The position numbers were made by a program, and so were the translations under genes. Positions 13,880 to 25,548 of a stretch of 64,000 nucleotides of DNA are shown one piece after another. Under the pieces are notes generated by a model that was not told where the DNA came from, ran no database searches, and saw only the letters and a program-made list of their open reading frames with translations. Position 1 is the stretch's first letter, and each line of letters begins with the position of its first letter. The stretch covers positions 66,429 through 130,428 of the forward strand of contig NW_001865050.1 in the NCBI RefSeq assembly GCF_000002865.3, written 5' to 3'. The stretch is from Monosiga brevicollis MX1. Taxonomy: Eukaryota.

Positions 13880-14842
13880 TATGGTATGCGAGAAGCGGTG
13901 GAGGTGGAATGGGCACGGCAAGGGCAGATGCAAAGCGCAGAGGCAAGAAGGCCGGCGTCGGCGGGCAGGCGGGCAGGCGGCCGCCGCAAATGCGCGGTTG
14001 CACCTGGCGAAGCACGTTCCTGACTGGCGAAGAAGCGTGATGGTTCACATACATGAGGCGGCGGCGAGAGCGAGAGCCATCATGTGGAAAGGCAAGAGCA
14101 CAGGCGAAAATCATTCAAGTCGGGGCGTGTGCGCAAGTCTTTACAAGTCTTGATTGTCCCGGTCGCCCAGATGCCATCAAATGGTCTCGCCAATGTTTTT
14201 TTTTTTTTAACAAAATAGGGCAACACGGCAGAGGAGGATCGACTAACCTTATCGAGTATTACAGCGTGACGCCAGACGGCCGAACCACTCAGGGCTGCCC
14301 GGTAATCAGGCGCTCAATGAAGGACCGCACACAGCGCTCAGGGCAGCCGAGGCGCCCTCAAGTGCCGGCGATGTTGACGCCTAAAATCGAAATGCCAGCG
14401 ATAAGCGAGGGGAGCCGATGTGTGGTTGCAGAAGTCAAAATAGTTGAGACAACACTGCACCACCAACACCACCATCAAAAGAGCTTGGAACGCTGCATGC
14501 AGGCATGGACAGCTGCGCTGTTGTAGCCACCACGGGCTCTAAGGCTTCAAGGGCTTTTGCACGGGTGCCATTGAAGATCTTCTGGCGATCCTACATCCAG
14601 TCGTACCTCAAGTCAAGCTGGCTGTCTTTGCTTGGAGCTTGTGGAAAGGCCTCGGCGTACAAGCAGGTCACTGAAGCTGGAACAAGGCCCAATCAACGCA
14701 GAGAGAATCCCCCCCAGGTAGATTGCCAGTATCCCGCAAACCGTGCCACACGACGAGGGGGCTGCCAAACACACACACACAGACGGCGACAGTACACACA
14801 CATCAACAGTCAAAAAAAAAAAAATTTCACTGATGATGATTC

Positions 14843-14875
<33 letters not shown>

Positions 14876-14910
14876 GATCAGAAAATTTTTTGAAAGTCAG
14901 AGCGATCGAG

Positions 14911-15122
14911 CGATAGAGAGATAGAGACAGAGAGATAGAGAGATAGCGAGACAGCGAGACAGAGATAGAGAGCCAGAGAGCCAGAGATAGAGAGCCAGAG
15001 AGTCAGAGAGCCAGAGAGCCAGAGATAGAGAGCCAGAGAGCCAGAGAGCCAGAGAGCCAGAGATAGAGAGCCAGAGAGCCAGAGAGCCAGAGAGTCAGAG
15101 AGCCAGAGAGATAGAGAGACAG
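14911..15122. repeat. GA-rich minisatellite (AGAGAGCC / AGAGATAG units)
   Basis: Tandem 8-bp purine-rich units downstream of the MetAP1 stop. Confidence 0.9.
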
Positions 15123-15477
15123 AAAGTCAAAAACAAAAAACAAAAACAGAGAATTTGGAGTTGGATCGTCTTGGACTGCGGCGGGTGGTCATGTTCAATC
15201 AACTCTGGAGAAGAGGAAGCGTAAAGACTTGATAGATTGACTGTGAGCAGTCTGAACGTGCTGAAACGCGCAACTGCCTTCCCGAGACCAAACACAAAAG
15301 CGACCCATCGTGGATGACCCCACACAGCCTGACAACAGGGCAAGGAGCAGTGACCAGGGGTCCACAAGGCGCAAAAGACTAGCGCAGCGCTCATCCCGGC
15401 TCATGGCCAGAGGGCGCCAGGCGACCAAGCTACTACAGCAAAAGATCCCAAGGCGAGATGCTCAGGACACCTCTTCT

Positions 15478-16794
15478 TCATGCAGAGGCGGCTGCCGCAA
15501 TGGCCTCGGGTACATTGTCACCCAAGTCGAGCTCCAAACCCTTGGCCTTGACCACGTTGGCAAACCAGTTGGTACCTCCTGCAGATAGCATCGACGAGGC
15601 GAGAAGAGCCATCACCGATGAAAGCAAAGGTTTGCGACAATGAGGGTCGATGAAGCACAGCGCTCAGTGGCAGGCGGAAGGAGAAGACGCCATGCCTTTA
15701 TCAGACATTTAATCCACCTCTGGCTGAGATGCAGGGGCGTACCAGGTGAATCGGGTGTACGGCCCGTGAGAATTTCAATGCCATCCTCCGTCACCAGCAG
15801 TGTGTGTTCAAACTGCGCTGAGCGCTTGCCATCCTGTTCAATGTGCAAGAGCAGGACAACAACATGTCAGTTCTCATTGAGCGTGGAAAGAGAGGCCAAG
15901 AGCGCGTCGCCCAGGCTTGACCTTGGTCGTAGAAGTCCAGTTGTCCGGCCAGGTTACGTCACCCCAAGTACCTAAACGCGAGGGGACCTCGTTGAGCAGA
16001 TAAAACGGACAGGATGCACAGCGCCGGCAGCCACCTTATTGGTCGACACGGATGTGCAGCAAAGGGAATGAGGCCAGAAGGGGCGCAAAATAAACGCACC
16101 GACGTTGATCATGGGCTCAATGGTAAAGGTGTGTCCTGGCTTCATCACGCCAGCCGCCTTGTTTCCTGCAGCAAAAAGCAAGGTTAACACCGGACAACAC
16201 AGCAACGCAAGAGCGCAGGTCCAGAGCCACAATTGTTAGGCAGCCACAAGGGGCTGTGCGGGACGTACGGGCGTAGTGGGGAACATTGGGCGCGCAATGG
16301 AAGAGGTTGTTGATGCCGTGGCCACAATAGGTCTTGACAACGGAAAACCCATTCGCCTCGGCATGCTTGGAGATGGCCGAACCCAAATCACGGTATCGGA
16401 CGCCCGGCTTGCCTGTGGTATAATGCAGAGCAAGGCGAGCAGGACCGAGTGGTGATGATGATGAGAGGTAGTGGCACCCCCGGTCGTTGGCAATGGAAAA
16501 ACATTGGCGCCGGCACCAAGAACAAGGGTGGGGGTAACCTGCGCCGACTTACACATGGCAATGGCACGGAATAGACATTCGTAGGTCACCTTCACCAGGC
16601 GGAATGACTCATCGTCAACCTCGCCGACCAAGAACATTTCATTGAGGTCGGCATGGTAGCCATGATAGTATACGGAGATATCCACTGCGCGTTGTGACGT
16701 TGCAAACAAATCAATAAATGAGAGGCCTGACAGTTTCAAGACAAGCCCATTTGCAGTCCTGCGCAAAGGACACTCGAGAGACTCGAGCATGCTG

Positions 16795-16834
<40 letters not shown>

Positions 16835-17970
16835 ACTGACCGTTGATGATATCACCGTCCTTGAGGGGATAGCCGTCGGGGATACCGTGACAGATGACTT
16901 CGTTAATTGACCTGGCGAAAAGGCACAGAAGTAGTGAGTGGGCCAAAGGGGGTCTTGCTCATGCGAGGCGAGCGGGTTGACGCACGTGCAGCACGACTTT
17001 GGGAATTGGTAGTAGTTGAGAGGCGAAGGGTAGCAATCACGCTCGAGGCAAGCCTGAGGTAGGTCATGCCGGCACGGGCGGGGCGAAATGAGGTTTTGCA
17101 TAGGAAAGCGGATGGTAAAGCATGTCTGGGTGCTAGGAGACATGTACTACCTTGTGGCAAACGGCGTCAATTTCGTCGGTCGTGACGCCAGGCTTGATGA
17201 CGGCGGCGCATGCGTCCAAGACCTCGCGGCCGAGCTGTAATGGTCATTGCGAAGATGCACACCGATAATCAAATCGACGAATGAGGCACGTAGGGCAGGG
17301 CAGGGGCAGCACCGGTGGTCGTGGCTGGTGTCAAACCTTGCAGACGTGCTTCATCTTGGCGATTTCATCTTCGGAGAGCTGGCGGAGCTGGGCTTTGTTG
17401 CGAGTCTCACTGATGGATTCACCGAGTGGGTGGGTGGCATAGTCCGGCTTTTCAATGTGGGGAGGGATGGGGCGGCGGGGCGATTGCGAATATGGCTGCA
17501 TGGTGCCCGTAAACTCAAACCCGGGAAAAGTCATGGGCGTGGACTCGGCCAAGACTGAACAAGCGAGATCAAGGTGCACGCAGCATGAGCCAATCCATCA
17601 GGGGCTGCGGGGCAACAAATTGCCCGCCCATAGAGGCACACGCGGCGGCGCCTCTCACCCGTCGTCGACCGCTCAATGGCGAGCTTGGCGAGCTTGTGCA
17701 CCTTTTTGTGCTCGTTCCAGTTGCTCTTGAAGCATTCCTACCACAGAGAGACGAGCAACGCGCGCAGTGCAAGGGCAGTGCAAGGGCAGGGCAAGATGGT
17801 CCGAGCGGGCCGTGAGTCTCAACACCCATGCCCGCCTGGGTTCAACGCCAAAGAAGCAACCAAGGCACCTGGGAGCAGAAGAAGGAACCAATGTCAATGT
17901 TCATCTTGATGCAGGTGGGGCATCGCATGGAGGCCTGCTTCTCGCAGCCCTTGGTGGCACACTTGACCAT
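15478..17970 (-). CDS. METAP1: Methionine aminopeptidase 1 (with N-terminal zinc finger)
   Basis: [20 protein letters not shown]...FCSQ zinc finger; [66 protein letters not shown]. Last exon ends [12 protein letters not shown] at 15478. Confidence 0.96.
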
Positions 17971-18259
17971 GATGCACGGTCTACCCCATGCAAAGTGATC
18001 CCAGATGCCGGAGAGACGAGTTGGTTGATGAGGCTCACGCACACACACACACACACATTCACACGCGCTCGGGCCAGCAGGCGCCCGAACCAATCGTTCC
18101 ATACTCCATATCCCGACCGGCTGTTGGAACCTAACTAACCTTGCCCGTCAAAAGAAGACAGAGACCCGTGGTACGCTTCACGCCCTCGTCCAACACGCGT
18201 AATCGACGTCAACCCCTCGTCCAGGTGTCACGTTCACGTTGACGTTCCTGTGTCGCCGT

Positions 18260-18435
18260 NNNNNNNNNNNNNNNNNNNNNNNNNNNNNNNNNNNNNNNNN
18301 NNNNNNNNNNNNNNNNNNNNNNNNNNNNNNNNNNNNNNNNNNNNNNNNNNNNNNNNNNNNNNNNNNNNNNNNNNNNNNNNNNNNNNNNNNNNNNNNNNNN
18401 NNNNNNNNNNNNNNNNNNNNNNNNNNNNNNNNNNN
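18260..18435. other. Assembly gap (N run), followed by (GA)n
   Basis: Run of N. Confidence 1.
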
Positions 18436-18453
18436 GAGAGAGAGAGAGAGCGA

Positions 18454-18488
<35 letters not shown>

Positions 18489-19098
18489 GTCGTCGTCGTC
18501 GTCGTCGTCGTCGTTGACTCTCTCTCGCTGTCGCGCGCGCTCGCTCGCTCGCCTCGTTGGCGCTGCCGTTTCGTCTGTGGTGATGCAGGCAACGTGGGGA
18601 TGGATGGAGAAGCGAGCTTTGGGTTGCTGGTGTAGTTGGCCCCAACCAATTTCCCTTTCTGCATTTCTCACCACCTCGCCCCACGCACCTTGTCTGATAT
18701 AGGGTGTGCTGTTGGGTTGACGGTCCGTTCCCTCCATTGCCTTGCTTGCCCGCTGCTCCGTTGGACCTGTTGCCGCCTCTGCTGCCGGGCTTGTCTCCTT
18801 CTTCCGGGTCTTGAGCATTTCAAGCTCTCGTTGGCTTTTCGGGTATGTTTGTGGGCGAGGCAGTTTTGACACGCGCCAAGTGGCGCGGTTCGCCCAGCCG
18901 TCACAAGCAGCACAAGTGTGCCGGTGCCACTCGCCCTTGCTCCCCCTTTCCATCTCAAGATTGGATGGCGTTTATCCGTGCCCCGCTCGGCCCGACTGGC
19001 AGGCCCTTGATTCACCGTCATACCTCACACTCCCCTCTCTCCTCGTCCTGTCCCCTGGGTACCGTTGCCACTGGCCTCAGGACGCCTCCACCTGCATC

Positions 19099-20669
19099 AT
19101 GGAACTTCGTGTGGGCACCAAGTACCGCATCGGCCGCAAGATTGGCTGTGGCTCCTTTGGTGACATCTATATCGGTTTGTGCCCACCCTGGCCTTTCGAC
19201 TCGCACCGCTCCACCACTCGTCCTGTTCCCCTTGTGCTCTGCCATTCTTCCGATTGACCAACTTGTGTCCGTCTCCAGGCTCAGACATCACTTCGGGCGA
19301 GGAAGTTGCCATCAAGCTCGAGAATGTTCGCACCCCGCACCCTCAGCTTCAATATGAAGCCAAGCTCTACAAAATTCTCCAGGGCGGCGGTTCGTTTCTC
19401 CTTTCTGCAGCCCCTCCTCATTCCGCCTGCCACCACTTTCTCAATTTCTGACCCCTCTCTTTGGCGTCCTGGGACTTCAGAGGGCATTCCAAAGGTCAAG
19501 TGGTTTGGGGTCGAGGGTGACTACAATGTCATGGTCATGGAGCTGCTTGGCCCCAGCCTCGAAGACCTCTTCAACTTTTGCAACCGCAAATTCTCCGTCA
19601 AGACCGTGCTCCTTCTCGCAGATCAAATGGTACGGGCCGCTGCTTGCTGTTCAGCGTGCGCCCTGTCGCTGCTCTGACGACAGGCTTGGACATCAGGAGC
19701 ACAGCCTCACACCATCATAACCTACTCTATTTTAGATTTCTCGAATCGAATTTGTCCACAACAAGAACTTTTTGCACCGCGACATCAAGCCCGACAACTT
19801 TATGATGGGCCTTGCTCGTCGCGGCAACCTCGTAAGAAACTCCTTTCCCCGTCTGCATTTTCTGCCCATGTGGCGACGAATTTCAGTCGCTTTTGTTTCA
19901 GGGTGCAAAGCCCAGGCATGCAACAGCCTCTTTCTTTCCCTCGTTCATATTCACGGTTGTCGGTGTGCCTCCCTCTTTCTTTTTATTTTATTGATTTTAT
20001 TTTTTTTAATTTCTAGGTCTACCTGATTGACTTTGGCTTGGCCAAGCGCTACCGTGATGCCCGCACCCACAACCACATTCCTTACCGTGAAAACAAGAAC
20101 CTCACCGGCACCGCCCGCTATGCGAGCATCAACACTCATCTTGGCATCGGTCAGTGCTTGAACGGGGCTCTTGGGGGTTTTTTCCTCTTCCTCCTCTTAC
20201 ATTGGAAAATCCCTTGGCCTGCATCTTACCGTGCCGCCTCACGCCTCTGCATGATATTGCATTGCACTTTACAGAGCAAAGTCGCCGCGATGACTTGGAG
20301 TCTCTGGGCTACGTTCTGATGTACTTCAACCGTGGCTCACTGCCGTGGCAAGGCCTCAAGGCCGCCACCAAGAAGCAGAAATACGAGCGCATCTCTGAAA
20401 AGAAGATCAGCACCCCCATTGATGTGCTCTGCAAGGGCTTCCCCAGCGAATTCGGCTCATACCTCAACTTTTGCCGCTCCCTTCGCTTTGATGACAAGCC
20501 CAACTACTCGTACCTCCGTCAGCTTTTCCGCAATCTCTTCCATCGGGAGGGCTTTGTCTATGATTACGTCTTTGATTGGACCGTCATGATTAAGGAGCAG
20601 CAGGTGCAAAGCAAGGAGCGCGACTCCACCAAGGGTGCCGCCAAGACCTCGACCGGCGCCAAGCCTTAG
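19099..20669 (+). CDS. CSNK1D: Casein kinase 1 (delta/epsilon-like), short C-terminal tail
   Basis: [97 protein letters not shown]. The exact CK1 subtype is not resolved. Confidence 0.95.
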
Positions 20670-21212
20670 GTCAAACCTTTGCAAGCTCGGCTTTTTTTCT
20701 TTTGCTTGCTACTTCCCCGTCTGCGCACACATGTTTGTGTGTGGGCTTATGCGCCTCAATGTTTACCTCTGTGTTTTGTCTGGCTTGTGGCCGTTGTGGC
20801 GACTATACTAGTGGTGGTGGTGGTGGTGGTGGCTGTTGTCTCTTGCCCGTCTCTTGTCCGTCAAATGTTTTCCTTTTGCTCTTCATGTCTTGTGCAAGTT
20901 TTGGTGTGACCGGCGTGTCCAGCGATTGACGAGCTCCAAAAACCTTTCCGAGTTGCTGCGCAACTCAAGATAGGTTCACCATCAGGGTGCTCCTTTACCG
21001 TTGACCGGTGTTTCCCCACCCCACCCCACCCTCCCTTGCCGTCCTGCATTGTTCCTTGACTTTCTGGTTCTGACAATTGATGTCAAGCAATGACCCAGTT
21101 GTATGACCTCCGAAGGAAAGGTTCTGATTATCAATCAGTTCTGGCCACAGAAACAAAACCGAAAGAAGGTCTAAAATTCAAGAACACACAAAAAAAAAAT
21201 TCATCCCACATC

Positions 21213-24200
21213 TCATGTCTCATGGGCACCACCAGTCAGGAAGGAACGTCGGCGTGGTGCTAGTGAGGGTGAGGGCAAAGGGGATCCAGACCGCGAACGG
21301 CCGCTCAGCGGCGACATGACCCCCCGCCCGGGTGTACTGTAGAGCGCATTTTGCGGGGCGCGGCCCCGTCTCGGTTCTGCCTCCCCGCTGCCACGCCGAT
21401 CAGGAGAAAAGGGTACGGGCTCAGGCAGTAGCGAGACATCTGGAAATGTTACATTGGCCCAGGGCGGTGCGCGGCCATCAACGCCCAAGGCTTGTTGTTG
21501 CTGTTGCTGGAGCCCCAGAAGCACGGTATTGCCGCGTCGTAAAGTCCAGTAGAACAGCAATGCGACTCCTATCTGAACCAGAAGAACCAAAAAGTTGGGC
21601 CACATCCAGTAGAAAAAGGTGGTATGGTAATTGACTCCGACCAAGCGCTCGCTGACTTTGACGAGCGTCTCGACCTGCGCATGCAGGTTCTGTACCGCTC
21701 CCGTGAGCGTCTGCAACTCGGCATGCAAGGTCTGATTCATCTGTGACACGTTTTTGTCGAGCGCCAACGCTTTTTGTGACAGCTTGTTCAAATATGTGCT
21801 GGACATGGTCAAATTCTTCTCCACGGCGTTGATCATGGTGCGCAGCTGAGCCAGCGCAGAGCCTTTCACGCTCAAACTCGTGGCCTTGAGCTGTGGCTGC
21901 GCGTGCGGCCCATGCTCGTCAACTCCACCACCAGCCTTGTTGGCACCAGCCTTACCGGCACTGTTCAACTTGCCATGCCCGGCTTTGTTGGCTGGTGCAC
22001 CTGTTTGGGTGTTGTTCTTCTCATGACCCTCACTTGAGCGCCCCGCAGCTGAAGACGCTGGGGTAGGAGTGGGAGCAGGGGCAGGAGCCGAGGCAGGAGC
22101 AGGAGTAGGGGCAGGAGCAGGAGCAGGAGCAGGGGCAGAGGCAGGAGTAGGGGCTGCTTCGGCAGAAGTTGCATTCTTTATGGCAGCTTGTTCAGCCTCG
22201 ACGTGCGCCAAAGTGGCCCTGATGACCCCCTCAGGTGAAGCCCGATGATCATCAACTGAGCCTGGTGTGTCTTTGGAGTCACCCTCGTGATGTAGTGGCT
22301 GAGCTTCCGGATTGGAAGCCGACACCGGTGTGCCTGTTTCTTCAGCGTGCCCTGCAGGCATCAGTTCAGCCCCCCCGGATCCCAGTGTGGGAGCAGCCGA
22401 GTCAGTGGGGGCAGTGGGCACTTGAGTCGAAACATGAGTGTCATCAGCAGGAGCAACCTGCTCTTGTGGCTTGGTGCTGGCATCCTCTTTGTTAGACTCG
22501 GCGGTATCCGAGCTATCAGCAGCGGCTTGGCGTGCAGGGGCACCCGCAGGGTGGGCGCTGTCTGCTCTCGGACCATCACAAGCACCCTCACACCTCTCGC
22601 CAGCCTCCATCCCATCCATGTCCGCCATGCCTGCCCCACCTTGCTCGGCCTCGTGGTGAGTCTGTTGCGCTTCGGAATTGTCCGCCGTCTCTGCACCAGC
22701 CAGTGCCGAGTCTAGAATGGGGGGCAATGTCTCGTTGGCGCGTGGAGAACAGATGGGCCAGAGAAAGTGTTGCTGTGGGTCATTAAGCGATGCGTCGAGC
22801 GTGTGGTTTTGCATCATCTGAGACAAAGCAGGAGCGGCAGCTAGCGCCGGTGGCGCTGAAGCGGCCGGTCGGTTTGGCTTTTCGCCCCACAGCATGTGGC
22901 CCACGTTCAGGGCTTTGGCCACGAATTGACCTGGCATTGATGATGGCACGTGAGATGACAGCTAGAGCCAAAGGATCACAAAAGGATACCAGCTTCACAC
23001 GGGAAGAAAGAAAGAAATTTGCTCACGCATATTCAAGGCACAAACCAATTTTGTTGACGGCATCCCCAGTGGCAGACGCTCCTCCCGTGTTGTCCTCTGT
23101 CGATGCTTCTTCATTGGTAGGTGTATGGGAGGCCGCTGCATTGATGGCCACGCTTGGTTGAGCAGGTTCGATGCCCGAGTCTGGGTCGCCCACCATGTAT
23201 TCAAACTCCTCAAGCATGGTAACGCCAAAGACTTGCAGAACACTATTCGAACATGCACAAAGCGAGGCGTGAGACGGTAGTATGCAAGACGCACATTTGG
23301 CCGCCTTTGAAAAAAACAGCGCAATAAGGAGATTGGGCGGTCTCGTACTTGATGGGGCAGTAGAACTCGTTGCCATAATGATCAATGGCCTCGAGTTTGA
23401 GAAATTTTGCAAATATGGTCACGTCGTCAATGGCAAACGTTTGCAGATCACGAACATCGGCCAACTGTAGCTCGGCAACTTTATGCCAGTTCTCTGGTGA
23501 AGATCTGCGACGCGGTTGGCATCAACCACAGCCACAATCAAGCAAAGAAATTCGCAAGGCACATGGCGTGGCGGCGGGTGACGATACTGACCGCTCCGCA
23601 ACGTAGAGCGCGAGGGTTTTGATCATGGAGGAGAACATTTCATAGTTGGCCAACTGCAGCGTGAAAGGCAGGAAGATCAAGGTTAACGCCGTGCATGTGC
23701 AGGACTGTGACCCGCATCAGGATGTGTATTGCTCATACCTTGACCTGCTGCACGATAATGTGCTCACAAAGCTCTATGGTCAGCTCAATATCAGCTTCGC
23801 AAGGTGCAATGAGGTAGGTATCTTTGACAGGTTTGAGGATGGCTGAGGCTGATTTAACAGCATTGGACGTTGAGATAATCTTTCACACGAGGCAAGGCGG
23901 GAGGGGGAGTTGAGCGACAATGAAGGTTTTGAGCATGGGGCAGCGAGTGCATGGGTCTGCAGAACATGTGAAGGACAAAACTGAGCGCAAAAGACTCACT
24001 TGGGCTCCACAATCACTGGCTGCATAGTTGACGCGCTTAGGGAGCTGGCTAATATGTGGAACTAACAGCAAGGCAAGGACGGAACGAGCCCGCTCAGTTA
24101 CCGCGCTGTGCCTTCAGGTCACCAACGGGCGGTGCATGGTACGGCCGAACCTTTTGCTGCTTCGATTATTTCTTCATCTTCATTGATGAGCTGCTTCCAC

Positions 24201-24664
24201 TCGTCGAATGTCAGGCTCTCATCCACTTGGGCACTTGGTGATTCTTCGGGTGACACCTCGCCGTCGTCTGGACTTGCGTCGGAGCCTTGGCTGGGCTCCG
24301 CTGCATCGGGCGTGGGTACCTCATGGATGGGCAGATCATCAACGCCTTCTGCAACATCTGAAGCCGTAGGCGGCGAGGGCATCGAAGCTGGGGAAGGCGC
24401 CGACCCAAGCTCAGCTTGGGGTGCGGGTGGGACATCTGATGGCGTGACCACCGTGGCGTGGATCGCGTTTGATCCTGGCCCAGCCTTTTCAGGTGCCGTC
24501 TCGCTCTCAACGATAAAACCAGCATCCTTATCAGCAAGATCCTCCGGCCGCTCATGCACACTCTTGTCATGGCCGCCATCCACTTGCCCACCCACGGCGG
24601 CGAGCAAGAGGCACGTGAGCACCAGAGCCAGCCGGAGGCGCCGAATCGAGGCGCCTCGAGCCAT
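21213..24664 (-). CDS. SUCO: Mid-SUN-domain membrane protein (SLP1/SUCO family)
   Basis: Signal peptide (RLRLALVLTCLLLAAVGG); SUN-domain pieces RVNYAASDCGAQ, IELCEHI, QLANYEMFSSMIK, HYGNEFYCPI, VFGVTMLEEFE; coiled coil with LEKNL/SSTYL-type motif (AVEKNLTMSSTYLNKLSQ); C-terminal TM helix (FLVLLVQIGVALLFYW). Confidence 0.85.
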
Positions 24665-24990
24665 GACCCGCGTTTCACCTTGGCCACGTAACAACTCTTG
24701 GGGGCACCGCCCAACCAAGGTGGCAGAAGCCGCGCACACGACAACCTGTAAGCAAGACCACTCGCATCAGCGTACGTGCCACAGGAGATTCAAAAAGGGG
24801 GCAGCGTGCTCGGGCGGAAGGCACGGCCACTCGCGCACGGCAAATGCGTGTCGTGTACAACAACCCCGACATCAGTCAGGGGACCTTTTTTAAAAATTGA
24901 AACTCCCTCTTCAAAGTATAAGGGGTCATTCTATACAGGGTTACATTTTCACTTCAATCTCACAGTCCATCCGCTAACAATGGAGTTCCA

Positions 24991-25040
24991 NNNNNNNNNN
25001 NNNNNNNNNNNNNNNNNNNNNNNNNNNNNNNNNNNNNNNN
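24991..25040. other. Assembly gap (N run)
   Basis: 50 N. Confidence 1.
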
Positions 25041-25105
<65 letters not shown>

Positions 25106-25258
25106 GAGAGACAGAGAGAGAGACAGAGACAGAGAGAGAGACAGAGAGAGAGACAGAGAGAGAGACAGAGAGAGAGAGACAGAGAGAGAGACAGAGAGAG
25201 AGACAGAGACAGAGAGAGAGACAGAGAGACAGACAGAGAGAGAGACAGACAGACAGAC
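25041..25258. repeat. (AG)n microsatellite with interspersed AC
   Basis: Long imperfect AG/AC dinucleotide array. Confidence 0.95.
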
Positions 25259-25548
25259 TTGGTTTGAGAAATAAACAGCAAAGAGACAGCACACAGAGAG
25301 AGACAGAGACAGAGGGACAGAGACAAAGACAAGAGACACACAAGTAATTGTCGACGAGAGCCTGGCCAAGAGGAGGCAGCGGCAGAGGGTGCATTCAATA
25401 TCATACGACGGCAGCGGCGGGCGGCGTGGTGGTGGCTGCATTGCTGGGCGATTGGCTTTCTGTGAAATCAAAACGATCGCGGGGTTGCGAGGTGTAAGGT
25501 CCTTGTTTGAAAACGTGCTCGCGTCCAGCTGCGGTGTGACCGCGCAGC

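Noticed and set aside
14000..14900. ORFs 14053-14526 and 14505-14924, or a possible ncRNA upstream of ANKFN1
   Set aside because: They read through polyT/polyA tracts, and no RNA family or protein motif was recognised.
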